Source: Pararhizobium sp. (GTDB lineage: Bacteria; Pseudomonadota; Alphaproteobacteria; Rhizobiales; Rhizobiaceae). From it: a stretch of 64,000 nucleotides of DNA. Positions within the stretch are counted from its first letter, which is position 1. Every line of letters begins with the position of its first letter. The stretch covers positions 5,317,342 to 5,381,341 of the forward strand of contig CP051237.1 in assembly GCA_017794825.1 (NCBI GenBank), read 5' to 3'. The position numbers and the translations under genes are program-made. The notes under the pieces are model-generated. The model was not told where the DNA came from. It did not search any database and was given only the letters and a program-made list of their open reading frames with translations. Shown here one piece after another: positions 55,044 to 64,000 of this stretch.

Positions 55044-55094
55044 ATTTTAAAAAGAAAATAAAAACAATAGCATAAGTAATTTCAAAACTTGTCT

Positions 55095-56330
55095 TCAGGG
55101 ATGAATAACAGCGGAATCCTGCCTCAGAAGGATGACCCGACAGGGGTCGCCTTTCTTTGCCGGTTCGGCGAATGGCGCGCGGATCGTCAGGCAGTCGGAT
55201 TGCGCGAAGACACGCGTCATGGAGGAATCCTGCCGTTCGAAAGGCAGGGCGATCAGGTCTCCGTCTGGCCCGCGTTCGATCTTTGAGCGCAGATAGTCCT
55301 CGCGTCGGTCATTGGCTGGAAGATCCTTTCCAAGAACGGCGGTCCGTTCCAGATCCGGCGAAGCCTGTCCGCGAAGGCGCGCTATCAGCGGGCGCAGGAA
55401 AAGATGCGAGCAGACGATGCTTGAAACCGGGTTTCCGGGAAACCCCAGCACGTGCAGGTGTTCGAGGCGGCCATACATCAACGGTTTGCCGGGACGCATG
55501 GCGATTTGCCAGAAATCAAGTTCCATGCCCCGCGCGACGAGCGTCTCCTGAACGAGATCGTGATCGCCGACGGAGGCTCCGCCAAGCGTCACCAGTATAT
55601 CCGCGCTGCCCTGCAAGGTCCTGTCGATTGCGTCTTCGATGGATGCGCGCGTATCCACGGCGATGCCGAGATCCAGGGCAGTCGCTCCGTCGGCTTGCGC
55701 AATCGCCGCCACGCCGTAGCCGTTCGAGGCGATGATCTGGTCGTCCTTCGGATCGGATCCCGGCGGAACCAGTTCGTCGCCGGTCGCCAATATCGCGACA
55801 TGGGGTCGCCGCCTCACAGGCACGGTTGGATAGTTCATCGAAGCGGCGACCGTGAGGCGTCCAGCGTCCAGTATGTCGCCGCTCTGAAGCACCACGTCGC
55901 CGGCGGCGAAGTCGAGACCTACCGGACGCACATAGACGCCTTTCCCGGCGCCCTGGTTGATCCGAACGCGATTGGATCCAAGCGTTTCGGTGTTTTCCTG
56001 AATGACGATCGTGTCGGCGCCGTCCGGCAAAGGCGCGCCGGTGAAGATGCGCACCGTTTCTCCCGCAGCGACGGCGCCTTCAAAACGGTGGCCGGCAGGC
56101 GCCTGACCGATGACGGACAATTCGACGGGCGTGGATTCGACGTCGGCGGCGCGTACGGCGTAGCCGTCCATGGCCGACGCCGAGAAGGGCGGTTGCGAGC
56201 GTCGCGCGACCAGGTCTTCGGCCAATACCCTTCCGGCCGCGTCAGCGAGCCCGACGCTTTCGCGCTCGTCAATGGTTTCGGCATTGGCGAGAATGCGGTT
56301 GCGGGCGTCCTCGACGGAAACGAGGCTCAT
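55095..56330 (-). CDS. moeA: Molybdopterin molybdotransferase
   Basis: ATG 56330 is in an ATGA overlap with the moaC stop. [14 protein letters not shown]...[14 protein letters not shown] is the MoeA signature. The track ORF extension to 56930 is a shadow across moaC. Confidence 0.9.
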   Translation of the reverse strand: MSLVSVEDARNRILANAETIDERESVGLADAAGRVLAEDLVARRSQPPFSASAMDGYAVRAADVESTPVELSVIGQAPAGHRFEGAVAAGETVRIFTGAPLPDGADTIVIQENTETLGSNRVRINQGAGKGVYVRPVGLDFAAGDVVLQSGDILDAGRLTVAASMNYPTVPVRRRPHVAILATGDELVPPGSDPKDDQIIASNGYGVAAIAQADGATALDLGIAVDTRASIEDAIDRTLQGSADILVTLGGASVGDHDLVQETLVARGMELDFWQIAMRPGKPLMYGRLEHLHVLGFPGNPVSSIVCSHLFLRPLIARLRGQASPDLERTAVLGKDLPANDRREDYLRSKIERGPDGDLIALPFERQDSSMTRVFAQSDCLTIRAPFAEPAKKGDPCRVILLRQDSAVIHP

Positions 56331-56815
56331 GGGTGACGCCGCCAGGCGCCGGACTTTCCGCCGGTTTTCGATACGAGCCTGATGGAGCCGATTTCCATAC
56401 CCCGGTCGACAGCTTTCGCCATGTCGTAAATGGTCAGGCAGGCCACCGAGACGGCCGTCAGCGCCTCCATTTCCACGCCGGTCTTTCCCGTCAGCTTGAC
56501 GGTCGCTTTGACATGAAGGCCGGGCAGGGCGTCGTCCTCGGAAATATCGACGGTCACCTTGCTCAGCATGAGCGGATGGCAAAGCGGGATTAGAGTCGAC
56601 GTCTGTTTGGCCGCCATGATGCCGGCCAGGCGCGCTGTGCCGATCACATCGCCCTTCCTGGCGTCGCCATCGCGGATGAGCGCCAGGGTTTCCGGCGCCA
56701 TGGTCACATGACCTTCGGCGACGGCTATGCGCTCGGTTTCCGCCTTGTCGCCGACATCCACCATATGCGCCTCGCCGGATGCGCCGATATGGGTGAGTTT
56801 GTCCGGCCCTGCCAT
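56327..56815 (-). CDS. moaC: Cyclic pyranopterin monophosphate synthase
   Basis: 162 aa. [18 protein letters not shown]...LIPLCHPL...[13 protein letters not shown]. Confidence 0.93.
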   Translation of the reverse strand: MAGPDKLTHIGASGEAHMVDVGDKAETERIAVAEGHVTMAPETLALIRDGDARKGDVIGTARLAGIMAAKQTSTLIPLCHPLMLSKVTVDISEDDALPGLHVKATVKLTGKTGVEMEALTAVSVACLTIYDMAKAVDRGMEIGSIRLVSKTGGKSGAWRRHP

Positions 56816-56818
56816 CGC

Positions 56819-57616
56819 TCAGACGGTTTCCGCGAGCAAGTCGCGCGTCGCCGCTGCGACGTCGGCCTTGCGCATCAGGCTTTCGCCGACGAGGAAGGAG
56901 TGAATTCCGACATTGGCGAGCCGTTGACAATCGTCATGGGTGAAGATCCCGCTTTCGCCCACGAGAAGCCGGTCATCGGGCGCCATTGCGGCCAGCTTTT
57001 CGCTCGTCTCCAGACTGGTTTCGAAGGTCCGCAAGTTCCTGTTGTTGATCCCGAGAAGCTTCGAACTCAGGGCAAGAGCGCGCTCCATTTCGGCTTCGTC
57101 ATGGACTTCGATGAGGCTGTCCATCCCAAGTTCGGCGGCCGTGTCTTCCAGGAGACGCGCTTCGTCGTCGCTGACTGACGCCATGATGATGAGGATCGCG
57201 TCGGCGCCCCATACACGGGCCTCGTAGACCTGGTAGGGTTCGAACATGAAGTCTTTGCGCAGGGCGGGCAGGGATGTCACATTTCTCGCCTGGCTCAGAA
57301 ACTCCGGCGCTCCCTGAAACGACGGCGTATCGGTAAGGACCGAAAGGCAGGACGCGCCGCCGGTCTCGTAAGCGCGCGCGAGCGCCGGCGGGTCGAAGTC
57401 TTCCCGGATAAGTCCTTTCGAGGGGCTGGCCTTCTTGATTTCCGCGATCAGCCCGAAACCGCCGCGGGCCTGTTTTTCCGCGAGGGCCCTGTGAAAGCCG
57501 CGCGGCGCGTCACAATCGGCAAGCATCGCCTTCAATTCTGAAAACGGCCTGGAGACTTTCGCCGCGGCGATTTCCTGGCGTTTGTATTCTTCGATCTTTT
57601 TAAGGATGTCCGCCAT
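56819..57616 (-). CDS. trpC: Indole-3-glycerol phosphate synthase
   Basis: 265 aa. [13 protein letters not shown]...[13 protein letters not shown]...LRKDF...GINNRNL. Confidence 0.93.
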   Translation of the reverse strand: MADILKKIEEYKRQEIAAAKVSRPFSELKAMLADCDAPRGFHRALAEKQARGGFGLIAEIKKASPSKGLIREDFDPPALARAYETGGASCLSVLTDTPSFQGAPEFLSQARNVTSLPALRKDFMFEPYQVYEARVWGADAILIIMASVSDDEARLLEDTAAELGMDSLIEVHDEAEMERALALSSKLLGINNRNLRTFETSLETSEKLAAMAPDDRLLVGESGIFTHDDCQRLANVGIHSFLVGESLMRKADVAAATRDLLAETV

Positions 57617-57619
57617 GGA

Positions 57620-58648
57620 TTATTCCGAAGACTTCACATTCGATTTCGAAGTTCTGACCAGCGTTTCCAGCACCGCGCTCGCCGCGCCGCTGTCGATGGA
57701 GTGCGCCGCCTGCTCGATGCCTTCGGAAAGATCTTCCGCTTTGCCGCCGATCACGAGCGCCGCGCCCGCATTCAGCAGTGTGATGTCGCGATAGGCGTTC
57801 TTTGCGCCGTTGAGCACTTCCTTCAGCGCGGCCGCGTTCTGTTCGGCGTTGCCGCCACGCAGGTCATCAAGATCGACGCGTCGAAGGCCGAGTTCTTCCG
57901 GCGTTATTTCAAATTGGGTGATCTCGCCATTCTGAAGCGCGGAAACCTTTGTCACGCCAGCCGTCGTCATTTCATCCAGTCCGTCGCCATGAACGACCCA
58001 GACATGTTCCGAACCGAGGTCGCGAAGCACTTCAGCCATGGGCTCGCACCAGTAGGGGTCGTATACGCCAACGAGCTGGCGTTTGACGCCTGCGGGGTTG
58101 GACATCGGTCCGAGCAGGTTGAAGATCGTTCTGGTGCCGAGTTCGACGCGCGTCGGTCCGACATGGCGCATGGCCGAATGATGCGCCGGCGCGAACATGA
58201 AGCCAATCCCGGCCTCGCGTATGCAGGCGGCGATTCCAGCCGGCGGCAGATCGAGCTGAACGCCCAGCGCCGCGAGCGTGTCGGCCGCGCCGGATTTCGA
58301 AGTGAGCGCACGGTTGCCGTGTTTGGCGACGGTCAGCCCTGCGCCGGCTGCCACGAAGGCGGCGCAGGTCGATACGTTGTAACTGCCCGATGCATCGCCG
58401 CCGGTGCCGACGATGTCGATCGCGTCGTCTGGAGCATCTACGCGAAGCATCTTTTTGCGCATGGTGCTGACTGCGCCGGCGATCTCGGATACGCTTTCGC
58501 CGCGCACCCGCAGCGCCATGAGAAAACCGCCAATCTGTGACGCAGTTGCTTCGCCGGACATCATGATGTCAAACGCTTTGCTGGCTTCGTCACGGGTCAG
58601 CGGTCGTCCGCTGGCGGCGATGCCGATGTAGTCTTTCAGTTCAGACAT
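57620..58648 (-). CDS. trpD: Anthranilate phosphoribosyltransferase
   Basis: 342 aa. [52 protein letters not shown]-like motifs. Confidence 0.93.
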   Translation of the reverse strand: MSELKDYIGIAASGRPLTRDEASKAFDIMMSGEATASQIGGFLMALRVRGESVSEIAGAVSTMRKKMLRVDAPDDAIDIVGTGGDASGSYNVSTCAAFVAAGAGLTVAKHGNRALTSKSGAADTLAALGVQLDLPPAGIAACIREAGIGFMFAPAHHSAMRHVGPTRVELGTRTIFNLLGPMSNPAGVKRQLVGVYDPYWCEPMAEVLRDLGSEHVWVVHGDGLDEMTTAGVTKVSALQNGEITQFEITPEELGLRRVDLDDLRGGNAEQNAAALKEVLNGAKNAYRDITLLNAGAALVIGGKAEDLSEGIEQAAHSIDSGAASAVLETLVRTSKSNVKSSE

Positions 58649-58662
58649 TTGGAAATCGACGC

Positions 58663-60558
58663 CTAGTAGCTTTGCGAGAGGGTGAGGTCTGCGAGCCTGG
58701 TATTCACCGTCACGCCGAATTCCTCCTGCATCATACGAACAGCCTGTCCGAGAATGTCATTCGATATGCTGTCCGAAATCGCGGAGGCAGCGGCCGGTGG
58801 CAGTTGCCTGTCATCCGCCGGCGAGGGTGTCGTGACGCTCTGAACCTTCAGCAGTATCCGCGCTGTATTGTCCGGATCGCTGGCGAGCGCAACATGTCCC
58901 TGTGGCCCCGCGAAGGAGGCGTTGAGCGCATCTGCGCCGAACAGCGCGTCCTGGTCGTTGCGGCCGATATCGTATTTCGTATCCGGAGTAAGTCCGTATT
59001 CAGCGCCGATTGCAGCCAGTTCCTCGCCATCGGTCAGGCGTTTGCGCAGTTCCTCGCCAAGTTTGGCCAGTTCGACGTCCGTCTGCTGATTTTTCCAGTC
59101 TGCGACAACCTGGTCGCGCACTTCGTCCAGTGTCCGGTCGCGGGAAGGCGTGATGTCGTTGACTTCGTACCAGAGGAAACCGTCGGAACCGATGCTGATC
59201 GGCGGAGAGTCGAGCGCGACGTCCGCTTCGAACGCTTCCTGCAAGAGCGTCCCTCTTTCCGGCAGGTCATTTATCAGTTGCCCGTTGGCGTCCCGGCCGG
59301 TGCGGTCTACGGCGTCGATCGTTACCGGATTGAGCTGTTGCTTGGTCGCCGCCTCGACAAGCGTGTCGCCGCCCGCGCGGGCGTCTTCATAGGCGTCATG
59401 CACGTCGAGAAGAATATTCCCGGCGTCGACGAGCGCCATTTCCTGACGGATCTCCGGTTCGACTTCCTCGTAACTTTTGGTCGCGCCCGGCGTGATCGAA
59501 GTCACGCGAAGGATGACCGGGCCAAAGGCGCCGTCCACCACGCCAGATGTCCCGCCCTGGCTTGCTATGGAGAAGGCGGCGTCCGCAATCAGTTGGTCCG
59601 GCACCGAAGCCCTGGAGAACGTGCCAAGATTGACGTCCTCAGTCGTCTTGCCCTGTTCGCTGAGGAGTTCGTCGAAGCTCTTGCCCTGTTCCAGTTCGCT
59701 GACGGCGGCTTCGGCGTCTTCACGAGACGCGAAATTCAGCTGTTCGATGGTCCTCTCTTCAGGCGTCGTGTAGCGGTCTTTGGTGCGTTCGTATTCATCC
59801 CGCACAAGATTCTCAGCCACTGCGGCTGGGTCCGAGATATCCTCGGCCGTCAGCGTGACATAGCTGATCTTGCGATACTCCGGCGCCCTATAGTTCTGCT
59901 TGTTTTCTTCGAAATATTGCGACACCTGTTCGTCGGTGGGATCGGAGATTTCTCCGATCAGCGTCCGGTCCAGAAGAAGGTATTCCACCGTCCTCTTTTC
60001 GTTCTGAAACATGTTGAACGCATCGAGCAGGGCCGTCGGAGCCTCATATCCATCCGCAATCGCGTCGACGATCTGTGTTCTGATGGCTGCGTTCTGCTGA
60101 CTTGTGATGAAGCTGTCCGGTGTAAAGCCTGAATTGCGCAGAACCGCGTCGAACGTGTTTTCGTCGAATCGTCCGTTGATACCCTGAAACGCCGGATCGT
60201 CGCGGATGATGCCGGCGAGACGATCTTCCGAGAGACCCAGATTCATCCGCCGCGACTGCTCGTCGAGAGCGGCGGAGGTGGCGACTATGCTCAATGTTTG
60301 CGCTTCAACGCCCATGGCGCGCGCCTGTTCACGCGAAACGTAACGCTGCAGTTGCTGGGAAATCAGCGAAATCTGCCTGTTGTAGGCGAGCAGGAACTCA
60401 TTTTGCGTCACGCGGGTATCGCCGACCGTCACGATCGAATTGCCGGCGCCCTGGAACATCGTGCCGCTGATGCCCCATACACCGAATGAGAGCACGAGCA
60501 CGATGAGAAGGAGTTTGGCGAGCCAGGACTGCGCGGCGCGACGAAGGGTGTCTAGCAT
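58663..60558 (-). CDS. ppiD: Periplasmic chaperone / peptidyl-prolyl isomerase PpiD-like (SurA N-terminal domain protein)
   Basis: 631 aa with an N-terminal membrane anchor ([19 protein letters not shown]). The stop is 14 nt upstream of trpD. Confidence 0.8.
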   Translation of the reverse strand: MLDTLRRAAQSWLAKLLLIVLVLSFGVWGISGTMFQGAGNSIVTVGDTRVTQNEFLLAYNRQISLISQQLQRYVSREQARAMGVEAQTLSIVATSAALDEQSRRMNLGLSEDRLAGIIRDDPAFQGINGRFDENTFDAVLRNSGFTPDSFITSQQNAAIRTQIVDAIADGYEAPTALLDAFNMFQNEKRTVEYLLLDRTLIGEISDPTDEQVSQYFEENKQNYRAPEYRKISYVTLTAEDISDPAAVAENLVRDEYERTKDRYTTPEERTIEQLNFASREDAEAAVSELEQGKSFDELLSEQGKTTEDVNLGTFSRASVPDQLIADAAFSIASQGGTSGVVDGAFGPVILRVTSITPGATKSYEEVEPEIRQEMALVDAGNILLDVHDAYEDARAGGDTLVEAATKQQLNPVTIDAVDRTGRDANGQLINDLPERGTLLQEAFEADVALDSPPISIGSDGFLWYEVNDITPSRDRTLDEVRDQVVADWKNQQTDVELAKLGEELRKRLTDGEELAAIGAEYGLTPDTKYDIGRNDQDALFGADALNASFAGPQGHVALASDPDNTARILLKVQSVTTPSPADDRQLPPAAASAISDSISNDILGQAVRMMQEEFGVTVNTRLADLTLSQSY

Positions 60559-60760
60559 GTAATTTCCATTCCAACCCGGAAAGCCGGCGTATAACGAACA
60601 CCGGCGATATTTGCGTTTGTTGATCGTCTTTTAAGCGGCGGGCAGGCCGCTAGCAAGACCCGCATGGCGACAGCGACAGATTCAAAATGCGGCGGCCGGT
60701 CTTTGAATTCGCCCGCCGACCTGATACGTCGTGCGCAATAACGGTTTGAGGGATACGGGA

Positions 60761-61522
60761 ATGACACCGGGAGTGAAACCGCTGGTAGCCGGCAACTGGA
60801 AAATGAATGGCGATCGCAACGCTCTGGATGAGATAACCGCAATCGCCACCGGCATTGACGGTGTGCTTGGCGAGAAGATCGACGCAGTCATCTGTCCGCC
60901 CGCAACGCTGCTCTATCTTGCTGCGGGAAGCGTGCTGGATACGCCGCTTACGATCGGGGCGCAGGATTGCCACCAGTCCGCATCCGGGGCGCATACCGGC
61001 GATATCTCGGCGACGATGATCAAGGACACCGGCGCCTCTCATGTCATCGTTGGCCATTCCGAACGCCGAACCGACCACCATGAAGACGATGCCCTGGTCC
61101 GCGTAAAGGCGATTGCCGCGCATGAACAGGGACTGGTTTCGATCGTCTGTATTGGCGAAACGAAGGAAGAAAGAGAAGCGGGCGAGACGTTGACTATCCT
61201 CGGCGCGCAACTTGCGGGGTCGCTTCCGGACAATTGCACGGAATTCAATACCATTGTGGCTTACGAGCCGGTCTGGGCGATCGGCACGGGTCTGACGCCA
61301 GGCATCGAGGATATCGCGGAAGCGCACGCTTTTATACGCGGCAGGCTTGAAGACAGGTTCGGCGAGGCCGGCAGCAAGATGCGTCTTCTGTATGGCGGTT
61401 CGGTGAAACCCGCCAATGCTTCGGAACTGATGGCGGTCGTAAACGTCGATGGTGCGCTTGTCGGCGGCGCCAGCTTGAAATCAGCGGATTTCCTCGCCAT
61501 CTGTGAATCATATCGAAGTTGA
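60761..61522 (+). CDS. tpiA: Triose-phosphate isomerase
   Basis: [15 protein letters not shown] and [11 protein letters not shown] motifs. Start chosen at ATG 60761; an in-frame GTG lies at 60731. Confidence 0.92.
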   Translation: MTPGVKPLVAGNWKMNGDRNALDEITAIATGIDGVLGEKIDAVICPPATLLYLAAGSVLDTPLTIGAQDCHQSASGAHTGDISATMIKDTGASHVIVGHSERRTDHHEDDALVRVKAIAAHEQGLVSIVCIGETKEEREAGETLTILGAQLAGSLPDNCTEFNTIVAYEPVWAIGTGLTPGIEDIAEAHAFIRGRLEDRFGEAGSKMRLLYGGSVKPANASELMAVVNVDGALVGGASLKSADFLAICESYRS

Positions 61523-61640
61523 CCCACATCGGCGGACGCCGTCGTTTCAATCTCCGAGATTATGGGTTGGAATAATCAACGGCGTCGTGTAAAGAGCCGC
61601 CCAATCCCTACATTCGCCAGACTTCGGCAGGAAAAGGTTC

Positions 61641-62015
61641 ATGCAAACGGTTTTGATCGTTATTCATCTCATGGTGGTCGTCGCGCTCGTCGCCGTCGTT
61701 CTGCTGCAACGCTCCGAAGGCGGCGCTCTCGGTATCGGCGGTGGAGGCGGTTCCGGCTTCATGTCAGCCCGCGGCGCTGCGGATGCGCTTACCCGGACAA
61801 CCGGTATCCTGGCGGCGGCGTTTTTCGCGACGTCTATCGCATTGGGCATCTGGGCGCGTTACGAATCCCGGCCGACGGATATCCTGGATCGCATCCAGCA
61901 GACGCAGCCGAGCGAAGGCACGAGCGTTCTGGATCAACTCGGCGGACCGTCCGAAAGTGAAGGCGAAGCCGACGGAAACAGCAATTCCGACGGGCAAATT
62001 CCGACAGGGCAATAA
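61641..62015 (+). CDS. secG: Preprotein translocase subunit SecG
   Basis: 124 aa with two TM helices. LLQRSEGGALG Gly-rich loop. Confidence 0.9.
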   Translation: MQTVLIVIHLMVVVALVAVVLLQRSEGGALGIGGGGGSGFMSARGAADALTRTTGILAAAFFATSIALGIWARYESRPTDILDRIQQTQPSEGTSVLDQLGGPSESEGEADGNSNSDGQIPTGQ

Positions 62016-62035
62016 TCAGCGCCAGTGAACGAATG

Positions 62036-62065
62036 ATCGGCGGCTCCAGCGGGCCGCCGATTTTC
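62036..62065 (+). terminator. Rho-independent terminator after secG
   Basis: ATCGGCGGC (62036-62044) pairs with GCCGCCGAT (62053-62061) around an 8-nt loop, followed by TTTC. Confidence 0.7.
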
Positions 62066-62152
62066 ATGTGAGGATTCGGCAAGCCGGTTCCGAATGAAAA
62101 ATCTGCGGCTTCGTGGCAAATGGGGCTGGTGGAATCACTTTGAAAGCGGTAA

Positions 62153-63793
<1,641 letters not shown>

Positions 63794-63805
63794 ATCCGGT
63801 TAGCC

Positions 63806-64000
63806 TCAATCGAGCTGGGCGATCCATTCTTCAAGCATTTCCACGGCTTCTTCATGGACCATGGAGCGGCCGAGTTCCGGCATCATGACTCCGGGATCGA
63901 GGCTCTTCATGCGATAGATCAGGATCGATTCTTCCGGTTTGCCCGGTACAATATCGAATTTGTGGTCACCAGATCCGCGCCCTGCTGCGACCGGGCGTTT
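63806..64000 (-). CDS. Hypothetical protein, C-terminal fragment (gene continues beyond the window)
   Basis: The minus-strand frame is open from the window edge to TGA at 63806-63808 and translates to ...GKPEESILIYRMKSLDPGVMMPELGRSMVHEEAVEMLEEWIAQLD. Not in the ORF track because the start lies outside the window. Confidence 0.5.
   Translation of the reverse strand, partial: KRPVAAGRGSGDHKFDIVPGKPEESILIYRMKSLDPGVMMPELGRSMVHEEAVEMLEEWIAQLD

Noticed and set aside
56331-56930. The N-terminal 200-aa extension of the moeA ORF (track ORF 55095..56930)
   Set aside because: The extension overlaps all of moaC in another frame and is Arg/Gly-rich nonsense. A canonical MoeA N-terminus begins at ATG 56330, in an ATGA overlap with the moaC stop.

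Overview
High-GC, densely coding chromosomal segment that looks alphaproteobacterial (Rhizobiales-like gene content and synteny; the taxon is an inference). I call about 66 CDS. I recognised no rRNA, tRNA, CRISPR array, transposase, integrase or prophage genes. Left to right: (1) a peptide-type ABC importer (1-4739). (2) A compact operon of four glycosyltransferases with a divergent FkbM methyltransferase (4742-10672). (3) Miscellaneous metabolic and membrane genes: FAD oxidoreductase, a desaturase coupled to a signal-less PhnD-like protein, an XRE regulator, a small K-channel-like protein, an M24+M20 hydrolase pair, a BON-LysM protein and ExoD. (4) paaZ alone at 20366-22396. (5) Envelope proteins: an acidic lipoprotein, an LprI-like protein and a large TPR protein. 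(6) Two NMT1/SsuA-type ABC importers with attached oxidoreductases, BenE, a LysR regulator, an AroE-like dehydrogenase and an orphan isochorismate synthase. (7) lexA with a perfect GTTC-N7-GTTC SOS box. (8) An autotransporter. (9) The main phenylacetate cluster paaG-paaI-paaK-paaX / paaA-[DUF3291]-paaB-paaC-paaD-paaE (45332-53076). (10) Two hypothetical genes in a visibly AT-richer stretch. (11) The housekeeping block moeA-moaC-trpC-trpD-ppiD (minus strand) and tpiA-secG-pyrG (plus strand). The most unusual sequence is a non-coding gap of about 450 bp (54645-55094) between convergent genes. It holds six direct copies of a near-invariant 16-nt core, CCCGAAACAAAGCCA(G/A), each preceded by a degenerate hairpin-like arm, at irregular spacing, followed by a strongly AT-rich tract. 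It is not a CRISPR array and I cannot assign it to any element family I know. Other observations worth follow-up are a DUF3291 gene wedged between paaA and paaB, near-identical promoter cores upstream of the unlinked paaZ and paaG, a long-spaced inverted repeat over the paaA promoter, and the glycosyltransferase-only polysaccharide locus. I found no clear defence-type or multi-gene novel system. All functional calls rest on my reading of the translated ORFs and motifs; no database search was run.
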